64,000 nucleotides of DNA from Minisyncoccota bacterium (GTDB taxonomy: Bacteria; Patescibacteriota; Minisyncoccia; Phycocordibacterales; UBA2100). Positions 35,448 to 44,454 of the stretch are shown one piece after another. The notes under the pieces are model-generated. The model saw nothing but the letters and a program-made list of their open reading frames with translations. It made no database searches and had not been told where the DNA came from. The translations under genes and the position numbers were made by a program. Numbering within the stretch: the first letter of the stretch is position 1; the number at the start of each line of letters is the position of its first letter. The DNA is taken from positions 129,356 to 193,355 of the forward strand of contig JARLIE010000183.1 of NCBI GenBank assembly GCA_031291875.1, in the 5' to 3' direction.

Positions 35448-35843
35448 TTATTTTTCCTCTAAATCTAAACAAACGGAATTGATGCAGTACCGCTTTCCTG
35501 ATTTGGTCGGTCCGTCGTCGAAGACGTGCCCCAAGTGCGAGCCGCAGCGCGCGCAGGTGATTTCGGTGCGTACCATCCCATGCGAATTATCGACGTGCGT
35601 CTCAATCGCGCCCGGCAGCGCTTCGTCGAAGGAGGGCCAGCCGGTGCCGCTGTCGAACTGTGCATCGGAGGAGAAGAGCGGATTGCCGCATACCTTGCAC
35701 GCGTAGGTGCCATCTTCGGTCTTGTGCACGTACTCGCCTGAAAAAGGCGCCTCGGTGCCGCGCTCGCGCAAAACGGCGTACTCATCGGGACTAAGCATCT
35801 TCTTGATCTCATCTTCGTTTTCAGGCATCGGTCGCTGTGTCAT
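35448..35843 (-). CDS. msrB: Peptide-methionine (R)-S-oxide reductase
   Basis: Two CxxC pairs, GTGWPSF, RTEITCARCGSHLGHVFDDGP. Confidence 0.93.
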   Translation of the reverse strand: MTQRPMPENEDEIKKMLSPDEYAVLRERGTEAPFSGEYVHKTEDGTYACKVCGNPLFSSDAQFDSGTGWPSFDEALPGAIETHVDNSHGMVRTEITCARCGSHLGHVFDDGPTKSGKRYCINSVCLDLEEK

Positions 35844-35900
35844 GCCAAGTAGTATAGCAAAAAGCAGGCGGGGGTACTGTATCCCACCTGCTTGAGTTCG

Positions 35901-36449
35901 TCACCCCTCAACGCGCAATAGGCTTTCCAAAGAGCCAACGGTTCTTAAATCTTTATAGATCATAGACCTGTTGATACCGCACTCCCTTTCGAGTTCCGGA
36001 ACCGTATTGCAGCCTCGCACCTTTACTGCGGTCTTGTAAGCTGCAGTACGCGTTAGGAAATGCGCCGTTCCCGCGGTGAGCACGCCAACTGCGTGTACCC
36101 AGTCAGGGTGGCGCAAAAAAATCATGGTTATCGCTCTCCTTTGTATACCGGTTTGTTCTGCCAAAGCTTGATACGTAACGAGTTCGCCTCGTTGCCGTAT
36201 AAGCTCGGCGGCTTGCATGAGAACTAATCCTGGAAACCGAAGGTCTGCATTAAAACTGTTCAGTTCCTTATGGAGCTGCCGCCCCTGAACAAAGGCATTC
36301 ATTTCTCTGCATGAACACCCCAGTTTACGAGCAAGTCTTTTACCGGTTACTCCGAGGCCCGCCTGCGACAACTCACTCGCGGCACGCCGAACATTCGCGA
36401 TAGTAAGCATAGCTGTCTCCTGCACAAGAACGAGAATGTATCTTCTCAT
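35901..36449 (-). CDS. Hypothetical DNA-binding protein with three helix-turn-helix-like repeats
   Basis: Repeated HTH-like segments (VTGKRLARKLGCSCREMNAFVQG, VTYQALAEQTGIQRRAITMIFLR, NTVPELERECGINRSMIYKDLRTVG). Confidence 0.5.
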   Translation of the reverse strand: MRRYILVLVQETAMLTIANVRRAASELSQAGLGVTGKRLARKLGCSCREMNAFVQGRQLHKELNSFNADLRFPGLVLMQAAELIRQRGELVTYQALAEQTGIQRRAITMIFLRHPDWVHAVGVLTAGTAHFLTRTAAYKTAVKVRGCNTVPELERECGINRSMIYKDLRTVGSLESLLRVEG

Positions 36450-36480
36450 TTTTTATCAGCAAACTTCGCTACTGTCGAGG

Positions 36481-36512
36481 AATAAAAAGAAACGCGGACC
36501 GGGTTGGTCCGC
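36481..36512 (-). terminator. Intrinsic terminator (GCGGACC-aaccc-GGTCCGC followed by GUUUCUUUUUAUU on the minus strand)
   Basis: Immediately after the stop of the 36530..36877 gene. Confidence 0.8.
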
Positions 36513-36529
36513 GCTTGTCTTTAGGATCC

Positions 36530-36877
36530 TTAGGAGCGACATTGTCTTCGGCCGATCGTGAAATGGCCCCAAACGATCGTCTTGCTGGGATCGCAAAGTT
36601 CATATGCATGGAACTTCACGAGTCGAGACCCGATTGAGCAGCCGATGCACTCGTACGTCCACAAGAGATCTTTCGACCCCTCGTAGGGATCATGATTGAC
36701 GACCCAGGAGGTCAGCGGAAGATCGCCGAGGCATTCCCGCTTACTGACCTTGAGTCGAAGTTCCTGCATGATGTGGCCCGCGGATCCAACGAGCTGCCCG
36801 AATGTGAGCGACGGCCAGCTCATCGGTTCGGGACGAGAATTAGTAAAACGAATAGTCGCAGTCTCGGTGCGTATCAT
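36530..36877 (-). CDS. Hypothetical Cys/His-containing small protein
   Basis: ATG start with AGGAGG Shine-Dalgarno 5 nt upstream (the ORF track's GTG start is 2 codons earlier); own promoter and terminator. Confidence 0.6.
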   Translation of the reverse strand: MIRTETATIRFTNSRPEPMSWPSLTFGQLVGSAGHIMQELRLKVSKRECLGDLPLTSWVVNHDPYEGSKDLLWTYECIGCSIGSRLVKFHAYELCDPSKTIVWGHFTIGRRQCRS

Positions 36878-36908
36878 CGACACCTCCTTCTATTACTCTG
36901 CTATCGAG

Positions 36909-36935
36909 ACTATACCCGCATCCGCAGCTCGTCAA
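36909..36935 (-). promoter_or_regulatory. Sigma-70-type promoter (TTGACG, 15 nt, TATAGT) for the 36530..36877 gene
   Basis: Hexamers read on the minus strand, downstream of the 36950-36976 hairpin. Confidence 0.45.
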
Positions 36936-36949
36936 TTTTGAAGCAAGAA

Positions 36950-36976
36950 GATCCCCGGCGAAAATCGCCGGGGATC
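36950..36976 (-). terminator. 12-bp perfect hairpin (GATCCCCGGCGA-aaa-TCGCCGGGGATC) followed by UUCUUGCUUCAAAAUU on the minus strand
   Basis: Between the DUF4189-like gene stop (36995) and the next promoter. Confidence 0.7.
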
Positions 36977-36994
36977 CAAAGACGGGCCGAATCG

Positions 36995-37414
36995 TCAGTA
37001 GCTCGCGACCTTGCGACACTGGTAGGACTCGTAGCCGGCGTTCGAGGCCTTGTTCAAGGCCACATCGTCGGAAACGCCCTGCCCGGAGCCGCCGAGAAAG
37101 TAGTCGTCGTCGCACTTCATGACCGAGATGTCCCAGTCGCTGGGAACGGAGATGGCATTGCCGCACGAGACGCCGGTGGTGCGTTCGCATTTGGAAATCG
37201 CCGCCGCCTTGGCGTCGTTCTCGTAGCCCTTGGCGTCAGACCTGAAGATGCGCCCGCCGACCCGCGAGACCGCAATCGAGACCCACTGCACGTCGTCGCT
37301 CGCAACGACACGCGAAGGGGCCGCCTGCGGAGTGATTTCCCCCGCTTTCACCGAACCGGCGCCGATCAGAAGTCCACCCGCAATAAGACAAAAGAGCAAT
37401 GGAGTGTTTCGCAT
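36995..37414 (-). CDS. Secreted DUF4189-like small protein
   Basis: Signal peptide MRNTPLLFCLIAGGLLIGAGSVKA; Cys pairs; AAGGAG Shine-Dalgarno; start at the internal Met. Confidence 0.6.
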   Translation of the reverse strand: MRNTPLLFCLIAGGLLIGAGSVKAGEITPQAAPSRVVASDDVQWVSIAVSRVGGRIFRSDAKGYENDAKAAAISKCERTTGVSCGNAISVPSDWDISVMKCDDDYFLGGSGQGVSDDVALNKASNAGYESYQCRKVASY

Positions 37415-37501
37415 TTGAATTCTCCTTGGAATATGCGAATCGCACCGACATTGGTGCGACAGGCGGCACAGTACCATGCCGAAGACCTCGTTTCAAGAAG
37501 C

Positions 37502-39292
37502 TTAGTCTTTTCGCTTCGCGCGTGCGCGATCGATGTCGGTGAGCTGCTGCTTGCGCAAACGAACACTGAGCGGTGTGATTTCCAAATACTCGTCTTCGGC
37601 CATGACCTCCAAACCGCGCTCAATCGTGAGCTCGTACGGCGGCACCAGTTGGATCGCCTCGTCCGAAGAGGAGGAACGTACGTTGGTGAGGTTCTTGTTC
37701 TTTGTCGGGTTGACGGCCATCTCCTCGCCCTTTGAGGTATTGCCGATAACCATGCCCTCGTATACCTCCGTTGCGGGGTTGATGTAGAGAATGCCACGTT
37801 CTTGGAGATTCCACAGCGAGTAACCGAGCGCTTTGCCGGTCGCCATTGAAATCATCGAGCCGACCGCACGTTTCTTGATCTCGCCCGCGTACGGCTGGAA
37901 GCCGACGACGCGCGAAGACATGATGCCTTCGCCCTTGGTGTCGAGCACAAACTGGTTGCGATAGCCGAGCAATCCACGCGTCGGGCCCTCGAAGATGAGG
38001 CGCACCTGGTTCTCGTGGACCTTCAAGTCTTTCATGACAAATTTGCGCGTACCGAGACGCTCGATGATAGAGCCTTGGTATTCCTGCGGCGTGTCGATGA
38101 TGACTTCTTCGAACGGTTCCAATTTCTTGCCGTTCTCTTCGTGCATGATGACCTGCGGCTGCGAGACCTGCATTTCGTAGCCTTCGCGACGCATGTTCTC
38201 GAGCAAGATGGCGATGTGGAGTTCGCCGCGACCGGAAACTTTGTAGGTGTCGGTCGAATCGAAGTCGATCTTAAGACCGACGTTGATCTCGAGTTCGCGC
38301 TCGAGACGTTCGCGGATTTGGCGCGAGGTAACGAACTTACCTTCACGACCGGCGAACGGAGAGTTGTTGACGAGGAAGTTCAGGGTGATCGTCGGTTCGT
38401 CGACTTGAATGGCAGGAAGCGGTACGGCGTCTTTGTCGGCAGCAATCGTTTCGCCAATGAAAATGTCCGGGAATCCTGCGACGAGCGCGATATCACCCGC
38501 CTCGACAGTGTCCGCCTCGACACGCGCGAGCCCTTTGAAGGTGAACATTTTGATGACTTTGCCGCTGCGAGCCTCGCCGGTCGGTTTCTTTACGAACACG
38601 GTATCGCCGGTATGCAACGCGCCTTCGTAAGCACGCACGATTGCGAGGCGTCCGAGGAAGTTGTCGTAGCCGAGGTTGAACGGTTGCAGGCGGGCAGGTT
38701 TTTGCGACGCTTCGGCACTAGCAGCCGGCGGCACGTATTTCAAAATAGTTTCCAGGAGCGGCGTTAAGTCGCTGGATTCGTCTTCAAGCTTCAGCTTCGC
38801 GATACCCTGCTTGCCGATCGCATAGACGATCGGAAAATCTGCCTGTTCGTCGCTCGCACCGAGCTCAAGGAAAAGTTCGAGTACTTGGTCCTCGGCGCGC
38901 TTTGGATCGGCAGCGGGCTTGTCGATCTTATTGATGACGACGATCGGTTTGAGGCCGAGCTCGAGAGACTTTTTGAGTACGAAACGTGTTTGCGGCATCG
39001 GGCCTTCCTGCGCGTCGACGACGAGCAAGACGGAGTCGATGGAGCGCAGTACGCGTTCGACCTCCGAGCCGAAGTCGGCGTGGCCGGGCGTGTCGACGAT
39101 GTTGATCTTCGTGTCCTTATAGAAAGTCGCGGCGTTCTTGGAATAAATGGTGATGCCGCGCTCTTTTTCGAGTGTATTTGAGTCCATCGAGACACCCTCC
39201 TCGGCGACGCCCGTTTGGCGCAGCAAAGCATCGGTAAGGGTGGTCTTACCGTGGTCGACGTGCGCGATGATTGCAATGTTGCGGATATCCAT
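37502..39292 (-). CDS. typA: Translational GTPase TypA/BipA
   Basis: [34 protein letters not shown]; start at Met15 of the ORF. Confidence 0.95.
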   Translation of the reverse strand: MDIRNIAIIAHVDHGKTTLTDALLRQTGVAEEGVSMDSNTLEKERGITIYSKNAATFYKDTKINIVDTPGHADFGSEVERVLRSIDSVLLVVDAQEGPMPQTRFVLKKSLELGLKPIVVINKIDKPAADPKRAEDQVLELFLELGASDEQADFPIVYAIGKQGIAKLKLEDESSDLTPLLETILKYVPPAASAEASQKPARLQPFNLGYDNFLGRLAIVRAYEGALHTGDTVFVKKPTGEARSGKVIKMFTFKGLARVEADTVEAGDIALVAGFPDIFIGETIAADKDAVPLPAIQVDEPTITLNFLVNNSPFAGREGKFVTSRQIRERLERELEINVGLKIDFDSTDTYKVSGRGELHIAILLENMRREGYEMQVSQPQVIMHEENGKKLEPFEEVIIDTPQEYQGSIIERLGTRKFVMKDLKVHENQVRLIFEGPTRGLLGYRNQFVLDTKGEGIMSSRVVGFQPYAGEIKKRAVGSMISMATGKALGYSLWNLQERGILYINPATEVYEGMVIGNTSKGEEMAVNPTKNKNLTNVRSSSSDEAIQLVPPYELTIERGLEVMAEDEYLEITPLSVRLRKQQLTDIDRARAKRKD

Positions 39293-39360
39293 AAAATGAA
39301 AAGGCCAACGCGGCCAGTGCGCAATGTATAGCACAAAAACTCTCTCTATGCGAGTTCTCG

Positions 39361-40866
39361 TTAGAGTGTAGCCAAAATCGCGTTGAGTTTGGCGCGGGTG
39401 GCCGGGCCGACAAATCCGTACGCCGGATTCGAGGCACTCGCGATACCGTACTTGCTTTGGAATTTTTCGACCGCGAGTTTTGTTGCCGCGCCGAACTTAG
39501 TTGTCTCGTTGCCCTTTGAACCGGGGCCTGAAGCGGCCACCTGTGTTGAGGAATCGGAGTTGAGGATCTTTTGGAGCACGGCGACATCGGAGCCGCTCAT
39601 GCCGATCGAAAGATCCCGCTGGAGTGAGCTCGACGAGATAGAACCACCTCCACCGAGTGAACCGGTGGTCGCACTACTTGCGAGACCTTGAATAGCACTC
39701 CACATATTCGGATCCTCGCCGCCGTCGATCTTGAAGATCGCGATGCCGCGCACACCGAGCTGCTTCGCGAGCTGCGCTTTGTCGGCGACGGAAGTCGCGT
39801 CCGGCCAATCGAGCAAGCGGAAATCCATGTGGGAGTTGAGCTGTGTCGCGTATTGCGAAGCCGCTGCCGCAGCAATAAGCGCGTTGTTGATATTGGACGA
39901 TACCGGCATCGAGGTTGTCGCAGTCGTCGGAATATAGGTGAGCTCAAGCTCGTCGGCCGCGTTGCGCGTCGGCTGCACGTTGTATTGCTGCTCGATTTGC
40001 GTCGCGTACTTCGGGTTGAAAGTCCACATGATGTCGTAGTTGTATTGGTTGCCGGAATACGCAGTCACGTCGTATTCGTAGCCATACGTCGGGACACCGA
40101 CCGAAATCTTTTTAGGACTGATGCTTTGCTCGGTAAGCTGTACGACTCGCGAGACCCACTGAGGGTCGGCAACCGGCGCATAGAGCTGCGAAGAAGACGC
40201 GGCTTGATTGGCGAGCGCCTGGTCGACCGTCTGCTGGTCGTACGTCATGATATGTACGCGATCGCAGTATTTGTTGATCTGTGTGTAATCGTTGGCGTAA
40301 TCGCCCGTGCCGGCCGGAATATTACCGTCCGGATACATATCGCCGATCGGCGTGCGCGCCTCGATGTCGCAGGTTACGAGCTTGGTACCCACGCGTTCAT
40401 AGAGCCCTTGCAAGAAGAGCGAGAAATACTTCCTCAAATCGGCAGGCTTGTTTTCGAAGTCGATGTCGACGCCATCGTATTGTTTTGCAATGTTTGCGGC
40501 GGCGATTTCCAAAGCCCGGCGACTCGAGGCGGTACTCAAAACGGACTCTTCCGCCGAAGGATTGGACCACATGATTGTCGGAATGACGCGTACGTGATTT
40601 GCCTGCGCCGTTGCGACGAGTGTCGACCACGGCGCCTGATCCATCGGCCCTAAGTCCTTGATAGTGCCGTCGTTTTGCACGGCATAGACAAAGGGATCGA
40701 CTTCAGTGAGCTCCGTGATGTGCGCGATTGCATCGGCGGTGGAGGTGGCTCCGTTCCAATACGGTACCCATCCGGATACTTCAAAGGTGGTTGCAGCCGA
40801 AGCGAAAATCGGCGCCACGAAAAACAGGGCGAATATAAAAAGCGGAATTTTAGAGAGGAATTTCAT
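39361..40866 (-). CDS. Glycoside hydrolase family 18-like protein with C-terminal peptidoglycan-binding domain
   Basis: Signal peptide; YDGVDIDFEN (DxDxDxE catalytic block); C-terminal PG_binding_1 (LQRDLSIGMSGSDVAVLQKILN...GPATRAKLNAIL). Confidence 0.8.
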   Translation of the reverse strand: MKFLSKIPLFIFALFFVAPIFASAATTFEVSGWVPYWNGATSTADAIAHITELTEVDPFVYAVQNDGTIKDLGPMDQAPWSTLVATAQANHVRVIPTIMWSNPSAEESVLSTASSRRALEIAAANIAKQYDGVDIDFENKPADLRKYFSLFLQGLYERVGTKLVTCDIEARTPIGDMYPDGNIPAGTGDYANDYTQINKYCDRVHIMTYDQQTVDQALANQAASSSQLYAPVADPQWVSRVVQLTEQSISPKKISVGVPTYGYEYDVTAYSGNQYNYDIMWTFNPKYATQIEQQYNVQPTRNAADELELTYIPTTATTSMPVSSNINNALIAAAAASQYATQLNSHMDFRLLDWPDATSVADKAQLAKQLGVRGIAIFKIDGGEDPNMWSAIQGLASSATTGSLGGGGSISSSSLQRDLSIGMSGSDVAVLQKILNSDSSTQVAASGPGSKGNETTKFGAATKLAVEKFQSKYGIASASNPAYGFVGPATRAKLNAILATL

Positions 40867-40902
40867 ACTCCCGATTATACAGAAGACGGGCGACGGAACA
40901 AC

Positions 40903-41553
40903 TTATTTCATCGTTGATTCTTGGAAGTACGCGTCGACGAACGTCGGCAACTGAAGCGGCAACTCGGCGATCGCGAAGGGATTACCGCGCGCGAGTGTTT
41001 CTCGATCCTGAAATCCCCACGTTACGCCGACCGAAGAAAGACCGACAGTGGTAGCTTCGTTGATATCACCGAGCGTGTCCGTCACAAAGAGGCAATCCGT
41101 TGGGGTCGTGTCGTACTGAGAATAGATCATCTTAAACTTCTCATCTTTGCGTGTGTGGACTTCGGAACCGTACACTCCGGCGATCGCCTTCGTGAGCCCG
41201 TATTTTTCGAGAAACCCTGTAATGAGGGCATCGTGTCCCGAAGATACGATGCAGAGCGTGTACTTCTCCGCGAATTCGCCCAAGAGCTCCGGCATGCCGT
41301 CGAAGGGCTTCGCGTGGGTATTAAAACCAGGCGTAAATTCCGCCCACCAATCGAGTGTATGATCGCATCGATCGCCATGGTCCGCATCCTGTAAGCGACT
41401 GTGATAGTCGTGTACATTTCCCTCGAAACTCTTTTTATATTCCGCTTCCGTATAGAATACGCAAACTTTTTGCGCCACACGGTGCGCGATATGGAACGTG
41501 TCGGCGATCACACCGTCGAAATCGAAGAGCAGAAACGTGCGATCCTCGCTCAT
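40903..41553 (-). CDS. HAD-superfamily hydrolase, subfamily IA
   Basis: FLLFDFDGVIADT motif I; start at MSEDRTF preceded by TATACT-N6. Confidence 0.8.
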   Translation of the reverse strand: MSEDRTFLLFDFDGVIADTFHIAHRVAQKVCVFYTEAEYKKSFEGNVHDYHSRLQDADHGDRCDHTLDWWAEFTPGFNTHAKPFDGMPELLGEFAEKYTLCIVSSGHDALITGFLEKYGLTKAIAGVYGSEVHTRKDEKFKMIYSQYDTTPTDCLFVTDTLGDINEATTVGLSSVGVTWGFQDRETLARGNPFAIAELPLQLPTFVDAYFQESTMK

Positions 41554-41565
41554 GGGAGCAGTATA
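41554..41565 (-). promoter_or_regulatory. Leaderless-type promoter -10 (TATACT, then 6 nt GCTCCC, then ATG) for the HAD-IA gene
   Basis: The minus strand reads GCGCTATACTGCTCCCATG. Confidence 0.5.
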
Positions 41566-41686
41566 GCGCGCCGTATTCAACGGCTATAATTACCCTCTCC
41601 TCACTTCTCCTGTGCGTGAGAGCGCATGCATTACACTTGGCGTCGAAAACAGATGGATCAGAATCCCGGAGCAGGCCGTAGTGCGG

Positions 41687-41698
41687 TATACTCGATTC
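41687..41698 (+). promoter_or_regulatory. Leaderless-type promoter -10 (TATACT, then 6 nt CGATTC, then ATG) for the dienelactone hydrolase gene
   Basis: GCGGTATACTCGATTCATG at 41683-41701. Confidence 0.5.
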
Positions 41699-42484
41699 AT
41701 GCAGACCACATCTTCAGCATCTAAAGTTGCAGTTATGAGCACTGACATTTCGATCGAGACGGAACGAGGAACCTGCGCCGCACACCTCGCACTGCCTGAA
41801 GGCTCGGGTAAATATCCGGGACTTATCGTGATTGAAGAGATCTGGGGAGTCGACGCCCACATCAAGGATGTTGCGGAGCGCTTCGCGCGCGAAGGATTCA
41901 TCGTACTTGCGCCGGAGCTGCTTCCCGACGAAACGATCGTAACACTTACGAAAGATCCGCAGCTAAAGGTCGATCTTTTTACACCAGAAAAGCGCGAACA
42001 AGTGCAGCCCATCGTTCGAGACGCAACTGCCCCAATCTATCAACCTGAATTTGCCGAAGGCGCGATCGATAAGCTGCGAGCCTGCGTCGATTACCTGGTC
42101 GCCCATGCACAGAGCAACGGCAAGGTCGGAAGCATCGGCTTTTGTTTCGGCGGCACGTACAGCCTGCACCTCGCGATCAACGATCCCCGTCTCGACGCGT
42201 GCGTCGCGCTCTATGGAGGGGCGCCGGAACCACTCGATCAAGTCGCTGCTATCGCCTGCCCTGTGCTCTACCTCCTCGGCGAAAAGGACGAGCGGCTCAT
42301 GGCAAAGCTGCCGGATTTTTCGGCGGCAATGAAAGAGCACGATCAGGTATTCGAGTCGGTTGTGTATCCAAGCGTCGGACACGCCTTTCTCAACGACACG
42401 AACCCTCGCACGTACGATGCCGATGTCGCACGCGATGCCTGGGATAAGGCTGTAGCGTTCCTGCACAAATATCTGGAAGAATGA
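41699..42484 (+). CDS. Dienelactone hydrolase-family protein
   Basis: YPGLIVIEEIWGVDAHIKDVAERFAREGFIVLAPEL, GSIGFCFGG, catalytic His near the C-terminus; start at MQTTSS. Confidence 0.85.
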   Translation: MQTTSSASKVAVMSTDISIETERGTCAAHLALPEGSGKYPGLIVIEEIWGVDAHIKDVAERFAREGFIVLAPELLPDETIVTLTKDPQLKVDLFTPEKREQVQPIVRDATAPIYQPEFAEGAIDKLRACVDYLVAHAQSNGKVGSIGFCFGGTYSLHLAINDPRLDACVALYGGAPEPLDQVAAIACPVLYLLGEKDERLMAKLPDFSAAMKEHDQVFESVVYPSVGHAFLNDTNPRTYDADVARDAWDKAVAFLHKYLEE

Positions 42485-43251
42485 TACCCAACGTAAAACT
42501 GAATACCGGCGCCTCGATGCCCGCAATCGGCCTCGGAACCTGGAAAATGAACGAAGGCTCCGAAGCCGAATCGGCGGTGCGGCTCGCGATCGAAGCGGGA
42601 TATCGCCTAATCGATACTGCGAGGCTCTACGGCAACGAGCGATCCGTCGGGAAGGCCGTGCGCGCGAGCGGCCTGAAGCGCGAAGAATTGTTCGTCACGA
42701 CGAAATTATGGCCCACCGATTTTTTTGATCCACAAAAAGCGTTTGACGAAAGCCTCTCAAGACTCGATATCGGCTATATCGATCTCTATCTCATTCACTG
42801 GCCGATTCCGCTTATGCCGCGTTCGGTGTGGCAATCGCTCGAGCGCATCTATCAAAGCGGCAAAGCGAAAGCGATCGGCGTTTCAAATTATGGCCGCAGT
42901 GACATCGAAAAAGTGCTCGAATACTGCATCGTGCCGCCGGCGGTGAACCAGATCAAATTTTCTCCGTTCGATTTTGAAAAAGATACGCTCGAGTGCTGTA
43001 AGGAGCACGACATCCTCGTCGAGGCCTACTCTCCCCTCACCCATGGCTCAAATTTGGGAGACAAAACGATACTGGAGATCGCGGCGCGTTACCACAAATC
43101 GCCCGCGCAGATCATGCTGCGCTGGTGCGTCCAGCGCGGTACGGTGCCGTTGCCGAAATCGTCGAACCCTGAGCGCATTCGCGAGAACCTGCAGATCTTC
43201 GACTTCGAGCTTTCGCCGGAAGATATGCAAACATTGGACCGCCTCAGCTAG
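42481..43251 (+). CDS. Aldo/keto reductase (2,5-diketo-D-gluconate reductase-like)
   Basis: IGLGTWK, DTARLYGNE, LYLIHWP, IGVSNY; 4-nt ATGA overlap with the upstream gene. Confidence 0.9.
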   Translation: MIPNVKLNTGASMPAIGLGTWKMNEGSEAESAVRLAIEAGYRLIDTARLYGNERSVGKAVRASGLKREELFVTTKLWPTDFFDPQKAFDESLSRLDIGYIDLYLIHWPIPLMPRSVWQSLERIYQSGKAKAIGVSNYGRSDIEKVLEYCIVPPAVNQIKFSPFDFEKDTLECCKEHDILVEAYSPLTHGSNLGDKTILEIAARYHKSPAQIMLRWCVQRGTVPLPKSSNPERIRENLQIFDFELSPEDMQTLDRLS

Positions 43252-43266
43252 CGCTATACTCTTTCC

Positions 43267-43752
43267 ATGACGACCTACGTCGCGCTTTTGCGAGGCATTA
43301 TGCCGGGAAACCCCAACATGCGCAGTGCCAAACTAAAAGGCGTTTTCGAATCGCTTGGATTCAAGGACGTCGCGACGGTTATCGGAAGCGGAAATGTTAT
43401 TTTTGACGCTTCCGCAGCCGATCCCCTCAAACTCGAAGCGAAGATCGAGAAAGCGATTCCGGCTCAGTTGGGTTTTACGAGCGCGACGATTATTCGAAGC
43501 GAGGCGGAAATCGAACGGCTCGTCAAACGAAATCCATTTAAAGGCGTCAAAGATGAGCGACCGAACTATCTTCTCGTCACGTTCTTCCAGGATCGTCGCA
43601 AAGAGCTTTGCAGTGTTATCGATATTTCCGTCGGTCCCAACAAAGCGACTGCTCATATGTCGTCGATCGAGCGAAAACATGGCAAAGCGATGACCACTCG
43701 AACCTGGAAAACGGTCAACCGCATTCACACCAAGATGCGAGAGCGGCTCTAA
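43267..43752 (+). CDS. DUF1697-family protein
   Basis: MTTYVALLRGIMPGNPNMRSAKLKGVFESLGFKDVATVIGSGNVIF. Confidence 0.8.
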   Translation: MTTYVALLRGIMPGNPNMRSAKLKGVFESLGFKDVATVIGSGNVIFDASAADPLKLEAKIEKAIPAQLGFTSATIIRSEAEIERLVKRNPFKGVKDERPNYLLVTFFQDRRKELCSVIDISVGPNKATAHMSSIERKHGKAMTTRTWKTVNRIHTKMRERL

Positions 43753-44387
43753 TACCACGTAGCTTCTCCATCCCCGGTGAGCGGAAACGGCTGCCCCAAA
43801 TACTTCGGCACCCGATGCGTCGCAAGATCCCAGATCGCTTTCGCCGAGGCTGGAATTTCGCGCAGGTAATCCCAAACACTGGCCTGCCCCGCGTCATAGC
43901 CGTATGCCTCCATACCGAGCGTGCGCGCAATGAAAACAGCGCGCGGCAGATGGAAATCCTGGGTAACGATAACGGCGGTCGTCGCGCCGAAAACGGTCTT
44001 TGCACGATACATGCTCGAATAGGTATCGAAGCCGGCATGATCGAGAAAAATATCCTGCGCGGGAATGCCGGCAGCGAGGAGGTAGTGCTCCACGGGATTA
44101 ACCTCGTCATACCTCGTCGTTGCATTGTCTCCCGTCACCAAAATCTTGGAAACTTTGCCGCCTTCGTAAAGACGGATGGCGGCATTAGCGCGTTCTGCGA
44201 GAATCGGCGAAGGCTCATTACCCTCCACGCTTGCGCCGAGCACGATCGCGACCTGTGTTTGTGGCACGTTCGAATCCGATGTGAATAGAAACGGAGCGAC
44301 CAGTATGCGCATCGTGATCGGAATAAGCAGCGCGATAAGCGCTGCAATCAGCAGTAGGATGATCCCCAGGCGCACAAATCGGTTCAT
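43749..44387 (-). CDS. SanA/YdcF (DUF218) family protein
   Basis: N-terminal TM; AIVLGASVEGNEPSPILAERANAAIRLYEGGKVSKILVTGDN...YDEV. Confidence 0.8.
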   Translation of the reverse strand: MNRFVRLGIILLLIAALIALLIPITMRILVAPFLFTSDSNVPQTQVAIVLGASVEGNEPSPILAERANAAIRLYEGGKVSKILVTGDNATTRYDEVNPVEHYLLAAGIPAQDIFLDHAGFDTYSSMYRAKTVFGATTAVIVTQDFHLPRAVFIARTLGMEAYGYDAGQASVWDYLREIPASAKAIWDLATHRVPKYLGQPFPLTGDGEATWY

Positions 44388-44454
44388 AAAATATAGTATA
44401 CATTTTAAACAAAACGCCGCCCTTTTCGGGCGGCGTTTTGTTTTGGAGTTTCGC

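Noticed and set aside
36692-37735. Plus-strand 347-aa ORF spanning three minus-strand genes
   Set aside because: It overlaps genes that have their own SD sites, signal peptide and terminators; Arg-rich junk composition.
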